From Babesia bigemina (Eukaryota): DNA of 64,000 bases. Under the pieces are notes generated by a model, which was given only the letters and a program-made list of their open reading frames with translations, was not told the origin of the DNA and made no database searches. Below, in pieces: positions 9,943 through 22,281 of this stretch; within the stretch, counting starts at the first letter, position 1; every line of letters starts with the position of its first letter. The stretch spans positions 372,001-436,000 of the forward strand of contig NC_027217.1 of NCBI RefSeq assembly GCF_000981445.1, in the 5' to 3' direction. Position numbers and translations under genes: made by a program.

Positions 9943-11711
9943 TTAGGTGCCTTTGGGTTTGTGTTGGCTGAAAATGTCGTCCTCGTCGCCCAGCAGCAGT
10001 TCGTACACATCGCTCCCGCAGGCGGCGAGGTCACGGGCCGACGCCCTGCGGTGTGCGCTCGCGGCGGCCTTGTTCCGCGTGGGCGCGCCTCCCAGGGCCT
10101 GCCGCCCGAGCTCCTGGGCCTGTTCTGCGATTTGGGGCGCCACGTGCTTGCGCAGCAGCTCGATCTCCCAGAAGCTGGTGGCCCGCTTCGCGAGCACCGA
10201 GAAGACCATGCCATCTGGCTCCATGACGCCGGCTATTTGCGGCACCCGCTCGATAACCTTCACCACCTGCAGCGTCTGTGGGCCATGCGCGTGTCACTCA
10301 CCTCGCGTACGAGCGCCTCAGCCACGGCCGCGTCACAAACCAGGCACAGCGCGAGCAGCTGCTGGACCAGCTTTACCAGGTCCTCCAGCTCAGCCGCCGC
10401 TGCCACGCTGGCGGAATGACTGATCACCACCTGCACCGTCCTGATGACGTCCCACGTGTAGCACGGCGTGGAGAACTGCACGTATTCCCCGTCCCGCATC
10501 GCCTCGCCCTGGCAGAGGTAGGCCGCCGTGTTCTGCACCATCCGGGCCAGCTCCTGCAGGATCCAGTGCGACTGCGCCTGGAGCACGCGGCTGAGCGACG
10601 CCGCGGCCTGCAGAACCCTCACGTGCGTGGCCGGCCTCAGCGAAGTGGCGCTGAGGATGATGCTCTTCATCTTCGCCAAAATCTCCTTTTGCAGCGGCTC
10701 GTTGACCAGCGCGCCCATACGGGACAGGCCCTTGAGGCACTCCTCCAGCATCTCGCCCGTGCATTGCGCCAGGATGCGGAGGTAGAACGCGATGACCGAC
10801 GTCAGGATCTCCTCGATGTGCTTGTCCGCGGTCTGCTCCTTCTCGCTGATGAGCTTGTAGCTGTGCTGCTTCCTGGCGAGCGGTATCGAGTTGATGGCAC
10901 GCAGCAGCGCCGACTGCGGGCGGTCGCTCTTGAGCAGCAGCGGTATGACCTTCTCGAGGTCGCGGATGGAGGACTGCTCCAGCACCTCGGTTATGCTGCC
11001 GAGGCACACCTGGGCCAGCTCCTCGTCCTCGATGCTGCAGCACTCGGCGCACAGCCGGATGAGCGGGGCGTTAGGCCTAGTGTCGGCCGCCGCCAGCCGG
11101 GCGACCAGCGGCACTATCAGCTCGGGCTTTTTCTTCAAGTGGTTCGAGCAGTGCTTCACCAGCATGTCCCTCAGTTCCACCACCTGCTTGGAAATGCTCC
11201 GTTCCGTTTCCACGAGGCTGCTGGCCGTTGGGCGCGGTTTGTTAACCTTCGACGCCGCGCCTGCACTGTGCTTCGCAGGCGCAGTGGCGCCCTTGCCACC
11301 AGCCGCGCTCTTGCCGCCTGGCGGGTCGGCGCTCTCATCCTCCTCATCCAGCAGCTCGTACGATATGCGCGGGATTAGGTGGACGGCAACGGCCACCATC
11401 GACCTCAGCGCAAGAGCGCTCGCGAACTCCCTCAGCTCCGCAGTGCCGCCGCCGCGACCGGCCACGACGTCGAAGAGCGCCTTGACGCCCTGGAGCCCAT
11501 TCTCCGGCGCGCCAGTGGCTTCCGTGCACGCCCGCGCCACCAGCCGCTTGTAACCATCGAGCGTGTCGATGCGCTTGATGTCCGTGACTGCTGTGTGAGC
11601 TGACGGCGCTGTCTTCGGCCGCGCCGCCGTACCCTGCGCCCTGCCCTTTTGCGCGGAGAGCGCCTTGCGCCGGATCTTCTTCACGACGGAGCCGCGTTTT
11701 TTTGGCGGCAT
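9943..11711 (-). CDS. NOC3: Nucleolar complex protein 3 (NOC3)-like, 2 exons
   Basis: Basic N-terminus. ACTEATGAPENGLQGVKAL..LALRSMVAVAVHLIP and ILTSVIAFYLRIL..CLKGLSRMGALVN match NOC3 patterns. Intron at 10267-10301. Confidence 0.72.
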
Positions 11712-11804
11712 TGTGTGATATGCGATATGAATGTGTTATTGAGTGAGTTCGATCCATATAGCTACGTGTTCACGGCAGGGCCTCCGGGCTCGGGCCCGCC
11801 GAGG

Positions 11805-12695
11805 TCAGATGATTTCGGCCTCGTGACGAAGGTACTCCCCGATATCGGCCTGCACCAAGTGTGTATTTTACCGCCCGACCTCATACCTGGTGGAAGACGG
11901 CCACGTCGTCCGGTAGCGCCGTTTTGAGCGCCTCGGTCGACTTCGAGGTCACGCCGAAGCCGAGCGGCAGGTTGTTGTACATGACAACCACTCCTCCGTT
12001 TTGCGGCACATCTTCGCTCATTTGGCCAATGTGTTTCTGCGCGCAGTTCGTGGAGCGGAGTTTGCACCGACCTTCGCGACGTTGTTGCCGTAGACAAACG
12101 ACTGCTCTCCAGACTTCAGCCACACCTTGCTTTTCGAGTAGTGGGCCATGTAGTGCAGCGCCGTGATGTGGAGCCTGAAGTGCTTGGCCTTCGTGAACTT
12201 CCCGAGGCAGACTCCAGCCGATATCTGTTCGCAGTTAGTGGCGGTCACGGATGCGCATTCAGAGCACCGGCAGCGAGGTTGCCAGCCGCACATACGCACT
12301 AATACAGCAATGGCATGGCGCTAGGGTGCTTTCGGCCCTGCAGGCAGACAACAACGCGGCCTAGCGTTGGGTCGGCGCAACCCCGGCCGCCGTGCTCGAC
12401 GCGGACAGTTGCGCTATGGAGTACCCACCAGGTTTTTGTGGTTGATACAGCCGCTGTACTTGAGTATCGCTTCGCTGCGAGAGGTCATAAGCCGCGCGAA
12501 GCCACCTACTTCATGTAGTAGACCCTCTCGCGATGCAGCCGCAAGACGTGCTGCGGCCCCGAGTCGCCGGCGTCCACCAAAGACAGGACCTTCTCGCCGA
12601 TGCTGCGCTCAAATGTTACGCCGGGGTGTATTTGCTCACTAGGTTGCTAGCTTCTTAAAGACAAGCTGGGCCTCGTCCTCGCTGAGCGGCCGCAT
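11805..12695 (-). CDS. NIP7: 60S ribosome biogenesis protein NIP7, 6 exons
   Basis: [66 protein letters not shown]. Five GT-AG introns. Confidence 0.95.
12225..12428 (-). ncRNA. Candidate structured intronic RNA element in NIP7 intron 3
   Basis: The intron is 204 nt, versus about 35 nt for the other NIP7 introns. It holds several inverted-repeat stems whose G-U pairs favour the sense strand. No canonical C/D or H/ACA boxes were recognised. Confidence 0.3.
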
Positions 12696-13158
12696 CGTGG
12701 TCGTTCACGGCGCGACGGTGAAAGCAATGTGCGTGTATTATTGCGGAGTAGAGCATCCGCGACTGTGTGACATTATCGTAACCGCCTCTGGCTGTGGTGC
12801 AGCGCAGGGCTACGGGCCAGGTCGCCGATTCGTGGGTGGAGCCAGTCGGTCAGGGCCGGCCGGGAGCCGACCGACAACTGGGCGTATCGAAATGCAGCCC
12901 GGCCTAGGGTGCGTCGCCATTCAGCGCCAGCGAACTATAAGCAGCACCATGGAGTCACATTCATGCAATGCGCAGTCGATGCCAGATTTCACTGCCGCTC
13001 ATGCGTGTCATGTGTAGGTGGAATCACGTGGCCACAATGCGCCATCACCTAAAATTGTCAGCGATAGTGTACAAATTACTCTTCAATGTGCGATGTGAAA
13101 GCGGTACGTGCGCAAGTCGGCGATGCGATGGAGCGCACTGCTTGTGAACCGCCTCGAG

Positions 13159-13686
13159 TCAAGCGCGGTCGGTGACGTGCCCCGGGCTCCCGGCGGTCAT
13201 GGACGAAGCGGCAGCCTTTTGCGCTGCATGACGGGATTTTCGTGCGTCTACGCGCAATGTAAAGCGTCATTCGTCGTCTTACGGGGTAGAAGCTGCATCA
13301 GCGATGCGCGCGGCGCGGCCAGCGACCGCTGGTCTTCCAACTGGAAAATACGTCTTCTCTCACGTTCTAACTCTGCATGTCGTGTTAGTAGCGTCGACAG
13401 CGACAACTTGCCTCGATCTATGACGAAGGAAAGCTCACGCTTCAAACTATTGAGACCGTTCCTATACGCCTGCCACCTGAACACTTTTTTGCGCCTTGGA
13501 GCGACACGGCAGGCCGTGCCCTGTCGTGCAGGCCACTTACCGTTTCGGTGCGACCATTTCGACGTCCACAATTGGGAGGACGCCGTCGCGCTGCGCCTCG
13601 TCGTACGTTGAGTCTTGTAAGGTGGGCGTCGCCCGGCACGCCAACAGCCACCCTAGATACAGACAAAAAATTCTTTCCACCTTCAT
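13159..13686 (-). CDS. Small predicted secreted protein (148 aa, 3 exons)
   Basis: Exons 13686-13541, 13494-13283 and 13247-13159 with GTAAG..AG introns give MKVERIFCLYLGWLLACRA-TPTLQDST..LPIVDVEMVAPKRRKKVFRWQAY..SLMQLLPHARK..DRA*. The exon phases sum exactly to 447 nt. Confidence 0.7.
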
Positions 13687-14410
13687 TTTTATATTACCCC
13701 CCTCAATTTTTTACGTATGATTATTTGACTTTTAGGAGCAATTCCGGAAATAGGCGCGACAGCCTTGGATGCGGGCCAGTGCTGGAATCAATTCGCGGCG
13801 CTGGAAGCAAAAACGCAAAACCAAAGTGCAGCCAAATATAGACGCCAAATTGACTCGAAAGAGTGCGGGCGTCGTTTCGGATTTCTTCCAGGTTCACTCG
13901 CAGGTGTGTCGTTGGCCGTGACGTGGCTGTGCGCGCACTTCCGCGGTGCCGTCGACTCTCAGGAGCCTTTCGATCTTGCCGAAGACTAAAGTGTCGTTGT
14001 TTTTCGTGTGCCCCTCAACACCCGAAAAACAACATCCCAGATCCCTGGAGCATCGCCGTTTAAGGTTTGGGCTTTTTGTTTCGACGCCGTGGCTCTCCGT
14101 GGCTACGCAAGGATAAACATTATTTTGTGTCTTGGGTTTTGGTTTCCGGCATCGGGAACGGATTGTGTCTTCCATTGTCGGGGTTGCTGGTGTAGTTGCT
14201 TTTTCCACGCTGCGCCTCACCCATTTAGGAGCGGCGGTGTGTAAACGCGCTTCCATACGTTGGAGAAATTTGCATAACGAATGCCTCCAGACTGGTGTGT
14301 AAAAAGCCGCCGAGTCTTTGTCTTGTAGCACGCGCAAGGTGTGCCCTCTGTTGGATTTTGATGTTCAATCCTCTCAACTTCTTCCCACTTCCGCGCCGAG
14401 CCTCGCCGAA

Positions 14411-15754
14411 ATGAGTACCGTCGATGTGAATGTCGCAACGTCTGTTGCCCAGGCGAATCACCCCGACCTTATGGCCGCGAACGCGCCCGTAGTGGACTCG
14501 ACGACCCAGGTGTCGCCGATCCCGCGCAGCACCAACTCGCGCGGAGGGGGCCGCTCTTCCAATAGGAAAGCGCCGATTCCGCCGCCGCCACGCGCCTCGC
14601 CGTCGAGCTCTTCCGGTTATCCGGGTGTGAGCTGGAACAAGCGCATGGGTGCCTGGCTCTCGTTCTACTACGACGCCGACACGCGCCGTAGTCGCACATT
14701 TCACCCCAAATACTACGATTTCGACGTGGAGAAGGCGAAGCAGGCCGCCATCGAGTTTATGAAATCGATCGAGAAGCACCCGCGCTGCAGCCTGCGCAAG
14801 AGCCGCCGTGACGCCAAGAACGCGGCCTTCCTCAATGGCGGGTACAACTTTGACCCGCAGTACCTGGATATCCCAGGGCGTACCAGGAAGCGCAGTGCGG
14901 TCAACCACCTGGTCAACAACGAGTACAAAACGCGGAGCTCGAAGAACCAGATGAACATGACCAACAACCAGACCTCCATGTCGGAGATGTATGACATGGA
15001 GTCACTGAAGCGCAACTTCCAAATGACCTCCAACTTCCTGGACCCCTGCTACGTGGGAAACTCGGGCTCCATGGACAGCGAATACGTGAGCGCAAACAAT
15101 GCCCTGGAAAACAACTATCTCAGCGGTTCGTTCGAGTCCCAGCAGGATTTCGACAAGGGATACCAGAGCCCGATGACCTGGCCCGCATGCCAGAGCTTTT
15201 TCGGCAACCCGGAGTACTACATGGACTCCCAGAACTACAGCGTGCCCTTTCTGGAGGGCGACATGGCCTACACGTCCCCCAGCAACGTCTACTCAGAGGG
15301 CGACCTGCCCTACGCTGGCAACAGCGCCAGCAGCTCCCAGCAGGTACAGCAGACTGAACAGGTGATTCCGGAGAACGCAGAGTCGCAGTCACAGAACATG
15401 TTTGTTGGCAACTACGAGATGTCGCCCACCAACGAGGACGCGGAGATTCACATGCTCATGCAGTCGATCGCCCTCTCGCCGAGCGAAAGCTTCGACGGAC
15501 TCCGCCTGACCACGTACAACTACGGCGACGGCACCAGCGGCAGCAGCGGCTCCGCCAACCCGCAGCAGGCCTTCAACAACGGCGGGAACACGCCGCTCGG
15601 CAGCCCCTACCTCTCGCCGTACGTGCAGACCATCTACAACCAGTTCCCCGAGGATTCCGAGCTTAACCGCACCTTCGGCTTCCAAAACCTGATACTCGCC
15701 AACGAGGCGCAGCCAAGCCAGCAGACGCAGCCCGTCATGCACTCACAGAGCTAA
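14411..15754 (+). CDS. ApiAP2 transcription factor, AP2-Sp/AP2-EXP (PF14_0633) type
   Basis: AP2 domain SSGYPGVSWNKRMGAWLSFYYDADTRRSRTFHPKYYDFDVEKAKQAAIEFMKSIE closely matches the PF14_0633 domain as recalled. ATG at 14411, single exon. Confidence 0.92.
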   Translation: MSTVDVNVATSVAQANHPDLMAANAPVVDSTTQVSPIPRSTNSRGGGRSSNRKAPIPPPPRASPSSSSGYPGVSWNKRMGAWLSFYYDADTRRSRTFHPKYYDFDVEKAKQAAIEFMKSIEKHPRCSLRKSRRDAKNAAFLNGGYNFDPQYLDIPGRTRKRSAVNHLVNNEYKTRSSKNQMNMTNNQTSMSEMYDMESLKRNFQMTSNFLDPCYVGNSGSMDSEYVSANNALENNYLSGSFESQQDFDKGYQSPMTWPACQSFFGNPEYYMDSQNYSVPFLEGDMAYTSPSNVYSEGDLPYAGNSASSSQQVQQTEQVIPENAESQSQNMFVGNYEMSPTNEDAEIHMLMQSIALSPSESFDGLRLTTYNYGDGTSGSSGSANPQQAFNNGGNTPLGSPYLSPYVQTIYNQFPEDSELNRTFGFQNLILANEAQPSQQTQPVMHSQS

Positions 15755-15776
15755 AAAGTAACTCTAGTAATTATAA

Positions 15777-18700
15777 TTAACCTTTGTATTCGAATGGGGT
15801 GAACGGCGGAGCCTCGGGCTGCTCGGACTCGCACGCCACGTACTCCTCGGGCTCGCCCGGCGCGCAGTCGCGCAGCAGCACTATGCCCTGACGGCGTTCC
15901 GGGAACGCGGGCACGTAGCGACTGCCCGGCGGGACGCTGCAGTGGGCCGCCTGCCTGGGGATGAGCCTGCAGGGGTTCTCCAGCAGCGTGGGGACTCCGG
16001 TGGACTGCTCCGCGGCCTTCTCGCCCGCAGAGGCGCCGAGGGCGGAGCTGGCTCCCTGTTCGTCGCCGTTGGCCATGACCACGTCGCCCGACAGGTCGGC
16101 AGTGCCGCTCTCTGGCGCGGCTTGGGCGGGTTGGCCCGCGTCTCCGGCGGCGCTAGAGGCTTCCATCCTGCACGCGTATGAGTCAGTGGCGCAGTCGCTT
16201 ACCCAGGTGGCTGGCGCTCGGACGTCGGCGCGGCGCCACCGTCGACGCCAGACTTGCTCTCGCCCTTGTCTCCCTTGCCGCCCAGTTGGTCGCTCGACCT
16301 CGCGTTAGTCAACCACGCCCGGCGCTTCGCCGAAATGGAGAGCACGGCGGTGACCTCCGCCTTCTTCTGCTCGCTCGGTTCGTCCGTGATGTGGGGAACG
16401 TAGTCGAACGTCTTCGGCGGCGCGGTGCACAGCACCTTGTAGCCCGTGGGGATCTGCAGGTCGTTGTTGATGCCGATGAGGCACGTGGGCTGGAACGTCA
16501 GGCACACGAAGTGCATGAACGAGTGCCAGTACCAGTACTGCGCGAACATCAAAAAGCCGACCACCGCCTCACGACGCATGTTGCCGCGCCCGGTGTACAG
16601 CGACGCCACGCAGTTCTGGCCGCCCGCGTCCATCAGACCCGCACCCACGATGGCGCCGAACTTCGCGATGATGTCCTGGTGCTTCTCGCTCGCCACGGAC
16701 CTGAAGAGGTCTCGCACCTGCATCACGTCGTTGCTGGTCTCCGCGTTGCTCTGCTGCAGCACCAGCCCCAGCGCGATGAACGCGCCTGCGTAACGTGAGG
16801 CCACCTGGCGGCTGACACCTACCCTGTCGGACGAAATCGCTGCGGTCGGACGACAGCGAGTGGAGCAGCCGCACGACGTCGGGCTGCGGGAAGGCGGCGC
16901 AGCTTATCCCCAGAGCGATCGCCGCGCCGTACCGCACGTGCGGGTTGTACGACGCAACCAGAAGCTTGAGCACCTTGGGCACCTCCTCGGGGGTGTTGCA
17001 GAGCACGAACCCGAGCGCAATCACAGCGGCCCTACGGACGTCGTCGGAGACGTCCGACACCGCCGCGTACAGCAGCTCCTTCAAAGCCTTGCTCTGCACA
17101 CGTTTCAGTTGCAACACGTTCAACGCACCGATCCCGTCCCGCAGTACGCCATGGCGTACGTGAACATGCCGCCGTAGCGCACCACGGGGTCGTTGTCGTG
17201 GGTGAGCTTGCCGATCATGATGCTCGCGTTCTTCTCGCAGCGGTACAGCACCATCGAGATGGCCAGGGCGCACGCGCGCACGATCTTCTCGTGCTGCGTG
17301 TCGGAGCAGAACGCGTACAGCGTGTCCAGCACCTCGAGGTTGCCGCTACCCATCATCAGCAGACCGATGGCGATCGCGGCGGCCTGGCCCGACACCGCGC
17401 TGTTGCGGTAGAGCGTAGCCTTGAGTTCCTCGTAGATCGCCGGGTCGCACTGCCCCATGCACACCAGGCCGAGGCCCAGCGCCGCGCCGTGGTGCAGCGC
17501 CTCCTCGGCGGAGTCGTTGCGCAGGTGGCCCAGCATCATCTCGGCCGCCTCCGGGTCGAAGCGGTTCGACAGCATGAGCCCAGTGGCGTAGAGGGAACCA
17601 CCCTCGGAGTACGCATGAGAGGAGTTAGGCGTCTCCCCCGGCAGGTACGACGCGAGCACTTTCTTGTAGTGCTTCACATAGCCCTGCAGTGACATGTGCA
17701 GCAATCGCGCGCAGTTACCTTGTGCACCACGCCAATGGAGGCGGTGGCGGTGAACTTGGCCCAGTTGTTCGCCTTCGCCAGCCAGTTGAGGTTGTCGCGC
17801 AGGAACACGTCGCAGCACGTGCCGGCCTGCATGATGGCGTGCGCGAGCACCACCGCGTTGTGCGCCACGCTGTTGCGCTGGTCCACGCTGTTCATGTAGT
17901 GCTCGAGCAGCAGCAGGTCGGTGTGGTTCTTGCGGTGCAAAAACTGCAGGTGGAGCTCAGTGGTGCTCGTGCCCGACAGGATCCGCTTGACCCGCTCGAC
18001 CATGAAGTTGCCCTCCACGGACAAAATCGGCGACTCCTTCAGCGCCTTGAGGAACTTCTGGTCCCCGATGTCCACCAGGTCGTAGCAGATCTGGTACGCC
18101 TGGAGGTGGTCGCCGTGCTTCACCATGTCCAGCAGCAGCTGCGCCATCTGCTCGTGGTTGTTCACCTTGTACAGGCACGTGACCAGGTTGGGGTACTGGT
18201 TGGCGAGCATGTCCTTCGGCATGGCCAGCAGAATGTCGCGTATGCTGTCGTACAGCGGCGCGCAGAAGTCCGGGTTGAGCACGCCGTCCATCAGGCCCAT
18301 GGTGTAGGACACCAACTCGCAGCAGTTCGCGCTGTCCTTCAAAATACGCAGAAGCAGGTCCAGACGGCGCGCGTCAAGCGCTATGCCAATGGCGTGGTGC
18401 TCGTCGCCGGATTCCACGCTCATGGCGATGAGCCGGGTCACCAAAGCCTCGAGTGGCTCTGCGGGGGATGGTCGGGCTGGCTGCGCCACTCACCTTGCGA
18501 AGCCGCGGCCAGAGACGAGTTCGAGCGCGGAGTATTGCCATCCTGCGCCTCCTGACGCGCGCGGATGTACTCGTCGACGGCCTTCGCCACGATTATGTTG
18601 GCGTACTCAGAGCGGCCCTGCGGGTCGAACCGGTCGCCCGCCGCCAGCGCGTAATGCAGCGCCTTCGCGTAGTCCTGCAGGTTGAAGTAGACCTTCGACG

Positions 18701-19034
18701 CCACCAGCGCGGCGAGCTCCCGCGCGCGGAAGTGCGGGTCCTCGTAGATGTACTCTCTGCGCAGCGTGAAACCCGGAATCCACACACCGCGCCAGACGGC
18801 TGGCGCCTACACCTACATCGTTGGGAGGCTGTCCGCGATCTCCGGCCAGAAGGTGTCCACGATGGAGTCCAGTTGCAGCAGCCCGAGCTCCCGCGAGGCG
18901 TCGTCGCGCTCGTGCAGCAGCGCGAGCACGGGCTCCGCGGAGCTGATGCGTGTCAAGAGCTGTTCGCCGGACGGCGCAGTGCCGGCGGCCGCAGCCGCGC
19001 GCGCGGAATCGTCCGAACCAGAATCGAGCAACAT
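15777..19034 (-). CDS. RPN2: 26S proteasome regulatory subunit RPN2/PSMD1, multi-exon
   Basis: LDSIVDTFWPEIADSL, FLRDNLNWLAKANNWAKFTATASIGVVHK, PC repeats, DVSDDVRRAAVIALGF, C-terminal PEAPPFTPFEY. Confidence 0.96.
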
Positions 19035-19137
19035 TGCGTGTGTCTGGCCACGCGACGGAGTGCGGGTACGTCGACGCGCCGACGCGAACGCCGCCCCAGT
19101 GGAAGTGCGCTAATCTACATATTGAGTGGTTCGTACA

Positions 19138-21893
19138 TTACGGCGCGCCGTAGTTGACTTCGTGCATCCTCGGCGCGCTGCGCGGCGGCGTCGGGGGTCG
19201 TAGCTCGGTCATGTGCATATCCCTGCGGCGCGATGTGTGCCCGGCGCGGCAACCTACCATGTCTCCGCGTTCTTGGTCTCGGCGTTAGACGGGTAGATGA
19301 GCTTCGGCACGATGGTCAGGTCGCGACGAATGAACAGTAGCGCCCCTGCGTTCTTGTAGTGGTTGCAGTAGTTGGTGGCTGCGAGGCAATGGCGGGAGCG
19401 GGAGCCGGCGCCTACCTGAGAAGAGAGTGATCAGCCTGCCGCCAGCGAACCGCTCGAAACCGTCCATCACGCACTCGTGTGCGCGAATGATCAGCTGCAG
19501 CTCGTTCGTCGTCAGGAACTTGTGCACGCGGTCCGGCCCGAACTTCACGATGTGGCCCACCTTGTCGGGGTCGCGCACTTCGTTCGGGATCGTGCCGAGC
19601 ACGGAGTCGCTGTCGGTCGGGTCCGACCACAAAATGTCCAGGATCTTCTGGTCCTGCTCGTTCTTGGGCACGGGCGCTACGGTGATGGGCCGGACGATCT
19701 CTTCGATGTCCGAAACATGGTGGATCGTCTTGCCGATCCCTCCGTGGACGCACAGAATCTTCTTTTCGATGAGCGCGCCCAGAGGCAACATCTCGAAGAT
19801 TTTGTTCACGCTGTTCCAGAAGCTGTACGGGCTCTCGCAATCCTCGCGCAGACGGCGACGGCACTCGTCCTGGAACCCGTAGATCGCGTTGATACCGGGG
19901 TCCTCGTGGTTGCCGCGCAGCAGGTGGATCTGCGTCGGGTACTTGCATTTCAGCGCGAACAGCAGGCAGATGACCTCCAGGTTGTTAGACCCGCGGTCCA
20001 CGTAATCGCCTAAAAACAGGTAGTCGTTGGAGTCGATGTCGCCAACGGCGCCGATGGACTCGGCCAGCGACTCCTCGAGTGGGCACTTGTAGAGCCTAAA
20101 CAGACGCATGAGGTCGTAGTACTGCCCGTGGATGTCGCCATAAACTGCGGAACTGTGACGACGGTCGACGGCGACGCTCACCTTTTATAGGCGCCCGCAG
20201 TTTCAGCACTGTGTCCTCCTGCTTCACAATTTGATACACCTGCGCAATATGCACGCACAAATAGAGCACCCACCATCTGACAAAGTGCCAGTACGTCGTC
20301 GTACGGCACGGGGAACATCGTCTCGTTGTAAGACATGGTGACGTGCTCGTTGCTGAAGTTCGGGTTCAGCAGCGCACGGATGACGCGGTCGTACACGGTG
20401 TCGCCGTCGTCGTGCTGCCACCGCAGCTGGGCGCGCGCCTCGGGCTTGTTGATCTTCCGGCCCTCCTCCTCGAGCTTGTCTATGGAAATCTTCCGCACCA
20501 GGTACGAGAAGTCAGACACGTTCTCGTGCACGGCGTGCGCGTGCGACGATAGCCTTATCTCGCGTTCGCACGGCTTCACTGGGGGAACCACCTGCGGCAG
20601 CGGCGCCTTGGGCACCCCCATCACCAGCCCGGTGGCGCCCAGCCGCGCCATCCCAGTCGGGTCCTTCGAGGCCTTCACGAAGTCTGTAAATGCCTCCTGG
20701 CAGTCCACAGCCCTCAGTTCGCACGTCGGGTGCTTCTGCGTCTGATGCGAAAAACCTCCGAACACGTATATTTGTCCGCCGAAGCTCCACGACGAGTGCC
20801 GGAACTGACGCGCATTATCGGGTTGCTCCTCCTCCTTACCCTGTGAATGGCAGAGATGTTGAACCACTCGAGCGTCTCCGTGTCGTAGGCCGAGATTGAC
20901 AGCGGTCTGTGTCGCCAGTGACAGGCAGGTGGCACGTGAAACATACTTGTTGAAGTCGTTATCGTTGCGGCCGCCGATAATGACCAGCTTGGTGCCAATG
21001 AAGCACGATGCTGCGCAGCGATGACCGAGCGCCGAAACAGAGCGACTCACAATGTTGGTAACGCGGCTCCGGCACCGACACGAACCTGACCGGCGCCTCC
21101 ATCCAGTCCCAGGTGGAATCGCGGTGCTGCCTCAGCCCCCAGATGTCGTTCAGCGACCTGTTGTCGCTCGACCTTCCGCCAAAGATGACGATCATGGTGG
21201 CCGCCGGGCCCTCTCTGCAGAGGTCCGCGGAGTGGTAGACCCTCTTCGGCGGCTGTTTCAGCGTCGGCGGGAAGACCACCTCCACCCAGCAGAAGGGCGA
21301 CTTCTCCACGTTGAGAAACCACACGTCGTTGCTAGCCTGCTGCCTGCAACAAACGGTGACGCGCGTAAAAACGGGCACGTACCCGTCGTTGCCGCCGATG
21401 ACGATGAGGTTGGGCTTGCAGAACACCATCGTGTGACCGTAGCGCCTGCCGGGTGACCGCCCAGTGGTGGGCACCGTTATCCAGGAGAGGTGCTTCTCCC
21501 TCCGCAGATCAAGCAGGTACAGCTGCGGTTGATGAAATGGGCGCCCACGCGCAGTACCTCGTCAGACGAGAGCGATCCGCCGCCAGTGGCGCCGCCGAAT
21601 ACCACCACCTGCATCGACTCGACGCAGGCGGCGGCGTGAGCGGCACGCGGCGACGGCGTGTTCTCCGACTCCAGCTTAGTGGATACATTGTTTACTAGGT
21701 CGAATAGGTAGAGATCCGCGGTGATTGTGTATCTTCCGACATCTGACGCACCGTCAAAACCGCGGACCGAAGCCTTACCTCCGACAGCACCGCCGAAAAG
21801 GATCACCTTCCCGCCGCCAACCGCGGTGGTGGTGTGCCCGAACCTGGCCGGCGCAAGGTCTCCCTGCAGGGAGACAACCCTTTGGTACGCCAT
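19138..21893 (-). CDS. PPKL: Protein phosphatase with Kelch-like domains (PPKL), multi-exon
   Basis: Kelch repeats ([19 protein letters not shown]) and PPP motifs GDIHGQ, GDYVDRG, RGNHE, IRAHEC, SATNYC. C-terminal RPPTPPR. Confidence 0.95.
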
Positions 21894-22281
21894 CAAGCCA
21901 TTCTGCAATGCAACTGCTCACTCGCTCGACACACGCACGCTCCTATTTGCCTGCCTACTCCCGTTTGTGACTCGGTCTCGAGTTGACGCAGTTACGGGCG
22001 AATTCAACGTATTAAATATGCGTTCTCCACCCCATCCGCGCAGCCTTCGGGCGCGTCGGCAGTGTCTATAGCGCTACACACTGAGGCGCGCGGCACCTCC
22101 GCGGCTCCCTACCAGCGCGACAGACAGTCGGGACGATCTAAACGCAAATGTATAGCCTTCTCGCGGCAGATGCGCCCCGGCCGTAAACCGCGGCGCTGAC
22201 ACCGGCGCGCAGGGTATCCGCATTCCTTTCGCGAGACGCGCGATTCCGTATCCTTCTTGTGCGCTGGTGCAGTCTGCCGCA

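Noticed and set aside
12250..12352. H/ACA-like layout on the plus strand (ACAGCA then ACA) and an RNase MRP-like GAAAG motif in the NIP7 intron
   Set aside because: Stems have A-C mismatches on the plus strand, and no complementary P4 partner was found for MRP. It is kept only as a generic structured element.
21904..22035. Upstream coding exon for PPKL from ATG 22035
   Set aside because: Splicing at the evident donor puts it out of frame with MAYQR. It is more likely a 5' UTR intron with an upstream ORF.
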